Shown here: piece after piece, positions 1 through 9,165 of the stretch
Layout: each line of letters opens with the position of its first letter
Position numbering within the stretch: the first letter of the stretch is position 1
DNA from: Candidatus Multivoradales bacterium
GTDB taxonomy: Bacteria > Acidobacteriota > Thermoanaerobaculia > Multivoradales > Multivoraceae
DNA: 64,000 bases
NCBI GenBank assembly: GCA_965223325.1
Contig: CBDCWI010000002.1
Span: 832,001-896,000 of the forward strand
Direction: 5' to 3'
Notes under the pieces: generated by a model
Seen by the model: the letters and a program-made list of their open reading frames with translations, nothing else
Database searches by the model: none
What the model was told of the DNA's origin: nothing
Made by a program: the position numbers and the translations under genes

Positions 1-1905
1 GGCGCGACAGGCCTCTAGAACCGCCTCTTCAACGTCACGGTGATGATCCAGGAAGAGCTCGAGGCGGGTCCGATCTGGAGGTCGCGGCGTTTCGGCGCTC
101 ACCGCCAGGAAACGATCGAGAGCCGCAGTGTCGATCGACCCGCTGAGCCGGGGTAGATAGAGACTCGCCTTCGACGGCGCCAGGGCCACCATCAGTTGCA
201 TGCCCGAGCGGTCGGCAGTTACCTTGAGTCGTTCGAGCACCCTCGTGGTTTCCTGGAGGCCCTGGCGATCGCGCCACTGGCTGAGCGCAAGCGTTCCGGC
301 GAACAACTCTCGATCGTGGAAGGCCACTGCCACTTCCCGCCCACCGAGTCGCCCCTCAACCGGGCCGAAGCCGCCACTGCGCGCAAACGACTCGAAACTC
401 TGACGGCGGCCACCACCCAGGAGCGCTCTGCCCGCAGCCACGACGAACCAGTGATCACGGGCCCGGGCGATTCGGTTTCCACGCCGAGCCCACTGCTGGG
501 CGTAGAGGAACTGCATCCATGACATTCCCGAGTGGCGGTAGCGAACGTACTGCTCGGCGTCCATGAGGTCATTGCCGAGGTAAAGGAGCACCACCGCCAC
601 CGCCGGGTGTTGGCTGTCGTCCTCTGCCGCTGCAAAACGTGCGAGCACCTCCGCATACTGTTGGGGTCCATAGCCACCGACGCCGAGGTTGCGCACCGCC
701 CCCCCACGGAGCCGAGTTTCAGCCAGGGCACGCTCGAGAATCGACGGCCAGGTGGACTCGCGCGGGCTCTGATCGCCTTCGGTGAAGGAGTCGCCGATCG
801 CAATCACCGCTGGAGCCTGTGCACCTGGAGGATTGCGAAAACCGTCGCCGTCGGTCTCGAAGCGCACCTTGGGCCGCCTGCTCAATAAGCTGCGAGGGTG
901 TTGCCCCTGCTCTTGGAGCCAGTCCGCAGCCAGCAGGTCGAAACGGTGTTCGGGAACGTAGGTGGCGGTCTGGTGGGGTCGATGCAAGAAGCCGAGCTTC
1001 TGATCGAAGCGCGTCGACGCGGTTCCACCCTGGTAGTAGCGAAACAGACCTTCGTCCTGCAGATGACCAGCTGCCTGCGCCGGAAAGGTGAGCGGGAACT
1101 GGCGAAAGAACATCTCGACGACCAACAGGACCAACACACTCGAGAAACCCGCCAGAGTCACACCACGCACGAGCCTCCGTACAGCCGGAAGCGGGGTCGG
1201 AGCGAAGCGACCGGTCTCCCGGTTCGTCACCGCACAGAATAGCCCGGCGAGAAGCAGCGAGAGCGCCAGGCCCAGCCCTCGAATCGAGGTCTCCTCCCGG
1301 ATCAACGGTTGGCTCCATAACGCCCAGTCGTAGGCGCGTGTCGCACCGCTTTCGGTGTCTAGGACCAGGGCGACGCCCGAGCCCGGGCTGGCAAACGAAA
1401 GATCGATCTTCCGCCAGCCCGACCGCGCCTCTTCCGGCGACAGGAAGACCTCTCGCGACGCAAGGACGGTGTCGCCCGCTCCAGTTCCCGCCTCGGGGAG
1501 CAACGCGCCCCCAAGACTCCCGGGCACAACGACAGAGACCCGAAAGAGAACCCCATCGCTCCCTTCTTGACCTGTCGCCTCCGGCAGCAGCGCCGCCGCC
1601 ACCGAGACACGGGAGCGACCGCGGCGTAGATCGAGAGGCCATCTAAGCCTCGACCGGGGGTGGGCAAAGATCGCGACGCGCGCCGCGGCTCCGTCCTCGT
1701 CTAGACGGTAGAGCTCCTGCCAGTGGGGGTCACTTTCCAGGGCAACCAATGCGTCGTTGAGCGACAGGCTGAGGCTCTTGGAATGACCCGCCTCTCGTAA
1801 CCAGGCCAAAGCCACAAGGAGGGCCATCGCCGAGAGCGCAACGGGAAGCCAAGAGAGTACGCCGCTCCTTGGCCCGCCCGGCGAATAGAATGAGCGACGG
1901 GTCAT
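1..1905 (-). CDS. Membrane-anchored SGNH/GDSL hydrolase-family protein (AlgX/AlgJ-like O-acetyltransferase), runs off the window start
   Basis: Not in the ORF track. Manual translation gives an open minus frame from ATG 1905 to base 1 with TM segments and SGNH blocks: TDGDGFRN, AIGDSFTEG, NLGVGGYGPQQY, LYLGND, LAPSK. Confidence 0.8.
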   Translation of the reverse strand, partial: MTRRSFYSPGGPRSGVLSWLPVALSAMALLVALAWLREAGHSKSLSLSLNDALVALESDPHWQELYRLDEDGAAARVAIFAHPRSRLRWPLDLRRGRSRVSVAAALLPEATGQEGSDGVLFRVSVVVPGSLGGALLPEAGTGAGDTVLASREVFLSPEEARSGWRKIDLSFASPGSGVALVLDTESGATRAYDWALWSQPLIREETSIRGLGLALSLLLAGLFCAVTNRETGRFAPTPLPAVRRLVRGVTLAGFSSVLVLLVVEMFFRQFPLTFPAQAAGHLQDEGLFRYYQGGTASTRFDQKLGFLHRPHQTATYVPEHRFDLLAADWLQEQGQHPRSLLSRRPKVRFETDGDGFRNPPGAQAPAVIAIGDSFTEGDQSPRESTWPSILERALAETRLRGGAVRNLGVGGYGPQQYAEVLARFAAAEDDSQHPAVAVVLLYLGNDLMDAEQYVRYRHSGMSWMQFLYAQQWARRGNRIARARDHWFVVAAGRALLGGGRRQSFESFARSGGFGPVEGRLGGREVAVAFHDRELFAGTLALSQWRDRQGLQETTRVLERLKVTADRSGMQLMVALAPSKASLYLPRLSGSIDTAALDRFLAVSAETPRPPDRTRLELFLDHHRDVEEAVLEACRA

Positions 1906-2101
1906 CGGCGCGAGCCAGAGCGGCCCGACTCCCTACCCCACCGAGGACCCGCAGGATTCGGCCCTGCCGGGTTCCCCCGCCCGATGACCAACCTCGAATA
2001 CATCACCCTCGTGGATCTCAAACGATGACAATCGCTGGACCGAACGACCGGCGATCTGGTTCCCACAATTCTACGCCGGCTCGGTCGAGCGAGGCGAGAC
2101 G

Positions 2102-2746
2102 GTGACCGAACCGATCTATCGCGGCATCGTCGACTTCTGCGAAGCGTGCTTCGAAGAACACGGAGACTCCTACCTGGGGGCTGGCTGGACGCGCAGCGCG
2201 GAGCTCGCAGACCTCCGCTACCAGGTGGTTCTCGACCTCGTTCCCGCACAGGGGAGGCCGGCAAGCCTGCTCGACTTCGGATGCGGTGCCGGCCGCCTCT
2301 ATGACTACCTGAAACGAACGCAAACGGAGGGCATCGAGTACGCCGGCCTCGATGTCTCGGAACGGGTGCTCGAATTCGCTCGCGGCAAGTACCCCGAGGT
2401 TAGCTTCTACCGCCTCGACCTTCTCGAAGCGCAAAGGAACAAAAGGCCCGTCCAGTTGCCGGTCTTCGACTACGTCGTCATGAACGGTGTCTTCTCCTAT
2501 CGCGGTGAGATCGCACGCGACGACATGGTGACCTACCAACAGGAGCTCATCGTAGCGGCGGCAGAACATGCGCGTCGTGGTCTGGCCTGGAACGTCATGT
2601 CGACCTGGGTCGACTGGGAGCGCGACGATCTCTTCCACGTGCCGCTCGATGAGACGGCAGAGTTCGTGACCAGGACCTTCGGGCGCGAGTTCGTGATTCG
2701 GCACGACTATCAGCAGTTCGAGTACACCGTCTATGTCTACCTCTAA
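2102..2746 (+). CDS. Class I SAM-dependent methyltransferase
   Basis: LLDFGCGAG motif I; overlaps the next gene in a sugar-modification operon. Confidence 0.85.
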   Translation: MTEPIYRGIVDFCEACFEEHGDSYLGAGWTRSAELADLRYQVVLDLVPAQGRPASLLDFGCGAGRLYDYLKRTQTEGIEYAGLDVSERVLEFARGKYPEVSFYRLDLLEAQRNKRPVQLPVFDYVVMNGVFSYRGEIARDDMVTYQQELIVAAAEHARRGLAWNVMSTWVDWERDDLFHVPLDETAEFVTRTFGREFVIRHDYQQFEYTVYVYL

Positions 2747-3956
2747 GAGCCTCAGGAGGCTGGCCGTTTTCGGTGGACACCCTGCGTTTGAGACGGCACT
2801 TCACGTCGGCAGGCCGAACCTCGGCGACCTCGAGCGGTTCAGACAACGCGTCGACCAGGCCTTGGAACGCAACTGGCTCACCAACGATGGGCCTCTCCTG
2901 GCCGAGTTCGAAGAGCGGGTCGCCGATCTGCTCGGCGTCGAACACTGCATCGCGACCTGCAACGGGACCATGGCACTCGCGATTGCGGGGCGCGCTGCGG
3001 GAGTTGAAGGCGAAGTCATCGTGCCCGCGTTTACCTTCGTCGCCACCGCTCACGCCTTTGATTGGCAGGGCATCAAACCGGTGTTCTGCGACGTTTCACT
3101 CGACTCTCATCACATCGACCCCCAGTCGGCCGACAGGGCGATCACCGAGAACACAACGGCAATCGTTGGGGTGCACACATGGGGCCGCGCCGCTCCAGTC
3201 GAGGCGCTGTCTGCCCTCGCCCAGAGACGGGGTCTCACTCTTCTCTTCGATGCTGCGCCGGCCTTTTCATGCACGCATGGCGGCACCATGATCGGCGGCT
3301 TCGGTCGCGCCGAGGCGCTGAGCTTTCATGCCACCAAGGTAGTCAACACCATCGAGGGCGGCGCAGTAGTGACCAACGACGGCGAGGTCGCAGAGCGCGC
3401 CCGTCGCATGCGCTCCTATGGCTTCGTCGCAACCGACACGGTGGTCTCGACCGGCACCAACGCCAAGATGAGTGAGATCTCGGCAGCCATGGGCCTGACC
3501 TCGCTCGAGAGCCTCGAGGAGTGGAGGGCCCACAACCGCGAGAACCACGAGCACTACCAACGGGGGCTCCTGGGCCTTCCAGGTCTCCGACTGCTGGGCT
3601 ACCCAGAGGGCGAGCGAAGCGTCTTTCACAACGTTGTCGTCGAAGTCGACGGGGCGGAAGCCGGGCTCACGAGGGACGTGCTACACGACGTTCTGGTGGC
3701 CGAGAACGTTCTGGTGCGCCGCTACTTCTTCCCCGGATGCCACCGCATGGAGCCCTACCGCTCGCGCGCTGCCAGTGCCAACGCCCCAGCGCTCTCGCTC
3801 GCCAACACCGAGCGCCTCTCTCACACCGTCCTCTCGCTACCCACCGGCACCCAACTCGGGGGTCCAGAGATCGACCGTATATGCGGCATCGTGCGTTCAG
3901 CCCTTGCGGAACCTGGCGAGGTGACCCGTCGTGTAGGCCAGGTCAAAAGAGGGTAA
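2733..3956 (+). CDS. DegT/DnrJ/EryC1/StrS sugar aminotransferase (VioA-like)
   Basis: WLTNDGP, PAFTFVAT, SFHATK (PLP lysine), EGGA, NAKMSE, RRYFFP motifs. Confidence 0.9.
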   Translation: MSTSKSLRRLAVFGGHPAFETALHVGRPNLGDLERFRQRVDQALERNWLTNDGPLLAEFEERVADLLGVEHCIATCNGTMALAIAGRAAGVEGEVIVPAFTFVATAHAFDWQGIKPVFCDVSLDSHHIDPQSADRAITENTTAIVGVHTWGRAAPVEALSALAQRRGLTLLFDAAPAFSCTHGGTMIGGFGRAEALSFHATKVVNTIEGGAVVTNDGEVAERARRMRSYGFVATDTVVSTGTNAKMSEISAAMGLTSLESLEEWRAHNRENHEHYQRGLLGLPGLRLLGYPEGERSVFHNVVVEVDGAEAGLTRDVLHDVLVAENVLVRRYFFPGCHRMEPYRSRAASANAPALSLANTERLSHTVLSLPTGTQLGGPEIDRICGIVRSALAEPGEVTRRVGQVKRG

Positions 3957-3964
3957 ACCCTCCG

Positions 3965-4921
3965 ATGAACGTCGAAGCGAAGAGCCCGATGGGGAGCGGG
4001 GCGGCCCTCCTCACAGTCGTCGTCACGACCTACAACCACGAGCGCTACATCGAGCAGGCGCTCGACGGCGTAGGCGCCCAGGTCACGCGATTTGCCTTCG
4101 AGGTCGTCGTACTCGACGACTGCTCAACTGACAGAACACCCGCGATCGTGCGGCGCATGGCGGAGTCCTCGCCGGTTCCGATGACGCTCGTCCAACCGCC
4201 TCAGAACAACAACAACCTCGAGCTCTTCGCCTCGGCCATCGACTCGAGCGGCTCGCGCTACATCGCCATACTCGACGGTGACGACTACTGGACCGACGAG
4301 CACAAGCTGCAAAGGCAGGTCGACTTCCTCGAAGACCACCCGGACTGCGTGCTCTCGTTTCACAACGTACTTCTCGACCACCACGACGACACCTCACCGC
4401 CGAGACCAGAGTACGCCCCCGGACAACTACCGACCTTCAGCGATCGCGACGATCTCTGGCGCGGCAACTTCGTGCGCACCGCCGCGGTGGTCTTTCGCCG
4501 CGATCGCTTCAAGAGCCTGCCTTCCTGGTACAAGACCTGCCCGTTCGGCGACTGGGAACTTTTCTACTTTCTCGCCGGCTTCGGGCGCCTTGGCTACCTC
4601 GACGAACCAATGGCGGCCTACCGGATTCACCAGCAAGGCGCCTGGTCTGGCCGCACCTCTCGTGATCAGGCGGAACGTTGCCTCGAGGCCATGGCGGTCA
4701 TGGAGGCCCACACAACGGCCGAAGACGTCTCGGCAGAGGGTCGTTACTCGCGCAACCGACTGCGGGCCGACCTCTATCTCGAAATCGGAGACTGGCCGGC
4801 CGCAACCCGCGCCCTGTGGCAGGCGGCCAGGACGGTACCATCGTCTTCGCCGAATCGTCTGGGCCGCCGCACCAGAGCACTTGGCCAACTTCTCCACACG
4901 TTGCCAAAGGCACTCCTGTAG
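3965..4921 (+). CDS. Glycosyltransferase family 2
   Basis: TYNHERYI, DDCSTD, ILDGDDYW..KLQRQ; ATG 3965 just after the upstream stop. Confidence 0.9.
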   Translation: MNVEAKSPMGSGAALLTVVVTTYNHERYIEQALDGVGAQVTRFAFEVVVLDDCSTDRTPAIVRRMAESSPVPMTLVQPPQNNNNLELFASAIDSSGSRYIAILDGDDYWTDEHKLQRQVDFLEDHPDCVLSFHNVLLDHHDDTSPPRPEYAPGQLPTFSDRDDLWRGNFVRTAAVVFRRDRFKSLPSWYKTCPFGDWELFYFLAGFGRLGYLDEPMAAYRIHQQGAWSGRTSRDQAERCLEAMAVMEAHTTAEDVSAEGRYSRNRLRADLYLEIGDWPAATRALWQAARTVPSSSPNRLGRRTRALGQLLHTLPKALL

Positions 4922-4972
4922 AACGCTCGAGCGGTCGCACTACTGAGGCACGCGCCCTGGTGGCGCCCCCTC

Positions 4973-6415
4973 TCAGAGCAACGTCGGGTCGATCTCGGCC
5001 TCCTGGGTCTTGGTGGTGGCACGCCGGAGGGCGACCCGCCACCAGACGCTCGCCACCGCCGCCGACAACCAGCCGCCGAGCAGCATCGAACCGAAGACGA
5101 ACTCGATCGGTCGGGAGTCGAGGAAGGTGAAGTAGGCCGCCAACGGAACCGAGATCAAGAGCACCCGGAGAGTGGAGAGGACCAGTTCGGGAGCACCCAG
5201 CCCGAGACCCTGGAGCGCGCGACCGAGGAGGATCGAGAACGGGAACATCGGAAAGGCGAAGGCGACCCAGTGCAGGTACTTCACCGCGACGGCACGAATC
5301 GACGGGCTGTCGGTGAACGGCGCGACCAGCCAAGGCGCCGCCAGGAGAAAGAGTGCTGACACTGCAAGGGCCATCACGAACGCCGAGCGTTGCGCGTAGC
5401 GCGCCACCTCCGCCACCAGCTCGAGCCGGCGCGCGCCGTAGAACATTCCGACCAACGTCACGAGCGAGTTGGCCATTGCAACCAACGGGAGGACGATGAG
5501 CTGGTCGAGCCGTCCGCCAACCTGAAAGGCGGCAACTGCGTCGGGCGAGAACTCGACGAGAATGCGGTTGAACGCCCCGCCACCGACCGCCATGACGAAA
5601 AAGGAGAGCGACGCCGGCGCACCGATTCGCACCAGGTCGATGAGAATCGGCGGATCGAGGCGAAATTCTCGAAACGAGAGGTCGGCATGTGCCCGCTTCC
5701 GAACGAACAAGAGAAAGGCGAAGATCGACATCGTCAGCGCCTGCGAAACGACTGTTGCCAGTGCGGCGCCTCGCACGCCCAGGTCGAGCGCGAAGATGAA
5801 GATCGGGTCGAGGATGAGGTTCGCGATCGTGCCAATCGCTCCGATCACGACCGGTAGCTTGACCTCTCCTTCACCAGAGAAGATGGACCGAAAGAGAATC
5901 GCCATCACCTGAAAAACAAAACAGAGAGCGATCAGCGAGAAGTAGCTCCAGGCCAGCGGCAGGAGGGCCTCAGGCACTCCGATCATGGTGAGCAGCTGCG
6001 GCCCGTAGCCGAGACCTACGCCACTGAAGAGCAACGTCAAGAGGACTCCCGCCAGCACCGCGTGCTGCGCCACCAGGTCGGCCCGCCGCTTGTCTCGTGC
6101 TCCGATGGCTCGGGCGATCAGCGACGTGACCGCACTACCGAGACCGAAGGTTGATCCCATGGCCAGGAACAGGAGCGGCATGTTGAACGCCACCGCAGTC
6201 AGAGCGTCGGCACCGACCATGCCAACGAAGATCATGTCGGCGATCGTGTAGAGGGTGTAGATCGACATGCCGACCATGATCGGTAGCGCCAGGCTCCAGA
6301 GGGCACGCTTCGGATCGCGCTGGAACTCCGCCAGGCGCTGTGCGGCTCGATCGTCCTGGGGACGGTCAGACTCCGGCCGGCTCTTCGGGTTCTGGGCGTG
6401 GGGGCTTGGGCTCAT
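4973..6415 (-). CDS. MATE family efflux transporter
   Basis: About 12 TM segments; LALPIM..IADMIFVG, NLILDPIFIF..LGVRGAALAT. Start uncertain (6415 or 6433). Confidence 0.9.
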   Translation of the reverse strand: MSPSPHAQNPKSRPESDRPQDDRAAQRLAEFQRDPKRALWSLALPIMVGMSIYTLYTIADMIFVGMVGADALTAVAFNMPLLFLAMGSTFGLGSAVTSLIARAIGARDKRRADLVAQHAVLAGVLLTLLFSGVGLGYGPQLLTMIGVPEALLPLAWSYFSLIALCFVFQVMAILFRSIFSGEGEVKLPVVIGAIGTIANLILDPIFIFALDLGVRGAALATVVSQALTMSIFAFLLFVRKRAHADLSFREFRLDPPILIDLVRIGAPASLSFFVMAVGGGAFNRILVEFSPDAVAAFQVGGRLDQLIVLPLVAMANSLVTLVGMFYGARRLELVAEVARYAQRSAFVMALAVSALFLLAAPWLVAPFTDSPSIRAVAVKYLHWVAFAFPMFPFSILLGRALQGLGLGAPELVLSTLRVLLISVPLAAYFTFLDSRPIEFVFGSMLLGGWLSAAVASVWWRVALRRATTKTQEAEIDPTLL

Positions 6416-6782
6416 CTTCCTCGGGGCACACAAGGGGCGCTCATGCCGCCCCGACTCACGGCACTCTAGTACCCCGTACCATTGAAACGCACAGCGTCTG
6501 CGCGGTCCTCGCGCTCGATCTCTGTGTTGTCACTCCTCGACAGATCACCAATATGCCTGCGTCGTGACGCCTTGATCTCGAGCACGAACATCCGCTCAGC
6601 CACTATCCGTTTCAAGGGTACGGGGTACTAGTCCCTCGCAGCCGATCGCGACACTTCCTTGATCTCGAGCGCGACCGTCGACCCGACGGCTACCGGCGGC
6701 AGCGCCTCGGCGAAGCGCTGAAACGCTGCCAGCTGGGCTATCCTGGTTTCGTTCTCCAATCCATGCCTCGAAGGGAGCCGCC

Positions 6783-7314
6783 ATGCTGGGTAGCGAGATC
6801 GTCAAGGAGCGCATGACCACCAGCAACGACGACGATATGGTCGTCTTCCTGATCGGCATGCGCATCAACCGTCTCTTGAAGGTTCACAAATGGCTGCCGG
6901 TCTCCCTGAGCGATGAGTCGCATGCTCGAGGAGCTGTATGAGCAGCCCGAACTTGGATTCATTCATCACGAGCAATGGTTCGGGCGCACCGCGATCCTGG
7001 TGCAGTACTGGCGCTCACTCGACCAACTGATGGCCTATGCCCGCATGCGCGACGCTCAACACTTGCCGGCCTGGGCAGACTTCAACCGCAGAGTCGGTTC
7101 GAACGGTGATGTCGGGATCTGGCACGAGACCTACGCCGTCTCCGCAACGGCCTATGAGTCGGTCTACAACAACATGCCGCCCTTCGGGCTCGGAAAGGCT
7201 CTGGGACTGGTGAGCGCCTCCGCTCGGCGCATGAGTGCTCGCGGGCGTCTCGCTCAGTCAGACGGTCGCGACGACCCGTTCACACAACAGCCGCGAGAGG
7301 AGATCGCGAGTTGA
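6783..7314 (+). pseudogene. DUF4188-family (monooxygenase-like) protein with a +1 frameshift near 6909
   Basis: Frame from ATG 6783 gives [16 protein letters not shown]. Removing A6909 joins it to [30 protein letters not shown]. Confidence 0.75.
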
Positions 7315-8453
7315 CCGCGCCCGAGGCCACTCGCCTCGAGCACCTCCGCGACCTCGCAGAGCGGGCCGACCGGGACGCCGATCGCGTCGAAGCAGAATCC
7401 TGCTTGCCCGACGAGCTGGTCGCCGACCTCGCACGCACCGGCGCCTTCCGGCGCTGGGTGCCGCCGCGCCTTGGTGGCGGCGGAGCCTCGCTCGAAGAGG
7501 GCCTGGAGGAGATGGAGCTGCTCTCTCGAAGAGATGGGGCACTCGGTTGGATGGCGATGATCGGTTCGACCACCTCGGTGCTTTCGGGCTACCTCGAAGA
7601 GGCGGTGGCCGAGGAGATCTGGTCCGACCCAGAGGTGCTGGTGTGCGGCGTCACCATGCCATCGGGGACGGCCAGAGTCGACGGCGACTCCCTGGTCGCG
7701 AGCGGTCGCTGGAGCTGGGGCAGTGGTACCCGCTACGCCGGCTGGATCGGCGGCGGCTGCATGGTCGACCTGGGAGAGAGGAAGGAACCCTGGTTCGTTG
7801 TCTTCGAGCGCAACCAGGTCGTCCTCCACGACGACTGGGACGCCGCAGGACTTCGCGGCACCGCCAGTGTCACCTTCGAGGTCAACGATGCCCGCGTACC
7901 AAAGCAACGCCACGTGCATCTCGGGGTGACCGAGCCCTGGGCCGACGGAGCGATCTACCGCGTGCCGATGTGGGGGCTTCTAGCGCTTGGGGTGGCTGCC
8001 GTTGCGCTAGGTCTCGGGCGCCGAGCGATCGATGAGCTCTTAGCGATCGCCGAGGGAAAGCGCTACGCCAGCACCAGGAGAACCCTCGCCCGGCGCGCCA
8101 CGGTGCAGGCCGAGGTCGGGCGCTGTGACGCCGCCATGCAGGCCGCGCGCGCTCTCCTCTACGCCGCCGCGAAGGGGCCGGAGGAGCGCCTCGGGAGCAG
8201 CGCGGCGGCGCTTTCGATCGAACATCGACGGCGCATGCGTCTGGCGGCAACCCACGCCACCCGTGCCGCCCTCTCTACCGCCCAAACGATGTTCGATCTC
8301 GCCGGTGGCACCGCCGTACACAAGAAGAGCCCCCTGCAGCGTGTCCTGCGCGACGTAACCGTCGCTGCGCAGCACCAGAGCGTCGCGCTGCGCAACTTCG
8401 AGCTCACCGGCCGCATTCTGCTCGGACTGAAAACCGACACCACCCTTCTGTAA
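7311..8453 (+). CDS. Acyl-CoA dehydrogenase-fold flavin-dependent monooxygenase (HsaA-like)
   Basis: SGRWSWGSG, DWDAAGLRGTAS, LAGGTAV..PLQRVLRD. Confidence 0.85.
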   Translation: MTAPEATRLEHLRDLAERADRDADRVEAESCLPDELVADLARTGAFRRWVPPRLGGGGASLEEGLEEMELLSRRDGALGWMAMIGSTTSVLSGYLEEAVAEEIWSDPEVLVCGVTMPSGTARVDGDSLVASGRWSWGSGTRYAGWIGGGCMVDLGERKEPWFVVFERNQVVLHDDWDAAGLRGTASVTFEVNDARVPKQRHVHLGVTEPWADGAIYRVPMWGLLALGVAAVALGLGRRAIDELLAIAEGKRYASTRRTLARRATVQAEVGRCDAAMQAARALLYAAAKGPEERLGSSAAALSIEHRRRMRLAATHATRAALSTAQTMFDLAGGTAVHKKSPLQRVLRDVTVAAQHQSVALRNFELTGRILLGLKTDTTLL

Positions 8454-8473
8454 AGCATCGGGGAAAAGACCAT

Positions 8474-9127
8474 ATGGACATCTACGACGCCATGAGCACG
8501 CAACGCGCGGTGCGCAAGCTGCGCCCCGATCCCATCCCCGACGACGTTTTGGAGCGAGTCCTCAAAGCTGCGACCTGGGCGCCCACCGGCGGCAATCTGC
8601 AGCCATGGAGAATCGTGGTGGTCGACGACGCCCAACAGAAAGAACGCCTACGCGATCTTTACGCGCCGCAATGGAAAAACTTCGCTCTGATCTACCGGCG
8701 TCGTTTCGCGCACCTGGAGAGTGAGGAGCGTGACGCTGCGGAGCGCACGCTCGCGGCCGGCGACTACCTGGCCGAGAACATGGGCCGTGCACCGGTTGTG
8801 TTGGTGTTTTGTTTCAACCCCGACTGGATGGCGATCACCGACGCCGAGCAGAACCGCGTTTCGGTGGTCGGGGGCGCCTCGATCTACCCTGCGGTGCAGA
8901 ACACACTTCTCGCCTGCCGCTGCGAGGGCCTGGGTTGTGTGCTGACAACCCTGCACTGCCAACGTGAGCCCGAAGTCAGAGAGACATTGGCGCTTCCCGA
9001 AGGCTGGTACATAGCCGCCACCGTGCCGGTCGGTTACCCGGTAGCGCGCGGCCACGGCCCCATTTCGCGCAAGAGCGTGGCTGAACTGACCTTCAGGAAT
9101 CGCTGGCCTGAATCGGCCTCGGACTGA
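8474..9127 (+). CDS. Nitroreductase family protein
   Basis: RAVRKL, APTGGNLQPW, SIYPAVQN.LLA.R.EGLG, PVGYP. Confidence 0.9.
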   Translation: MDIYDAMSTQRAVRKLRPDPIPDDVLERVLKAATWAPTGGNLQPWRIVVVDDAQQKERLRDLYAPQWKNFALIYRRRFAHLESEERDAAERTLAAGDYLAENMGRAPVVLVFCFNPDWMAITDAEQNRVSVVGGASIYPAVQNTLLACRCEGLGCVLTTLHCQREPEVRETLALPEGWYIAATVPVGYPVARGHGPISRKSVAELTFRNRWPESASD

Positions 9128-9165
9128 CCTCGCATCAACAGCGCAAGTCACCTGGAGCCGAGAGG

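Noticed and set aside
35-1667. Many overlapping track ORFs here and throughout the window (e.g. 43636-45210, 44444-45892, 47258-48553)
   Set aside because: Antisense or off-frame shadows of real genes in high-GC DNA.
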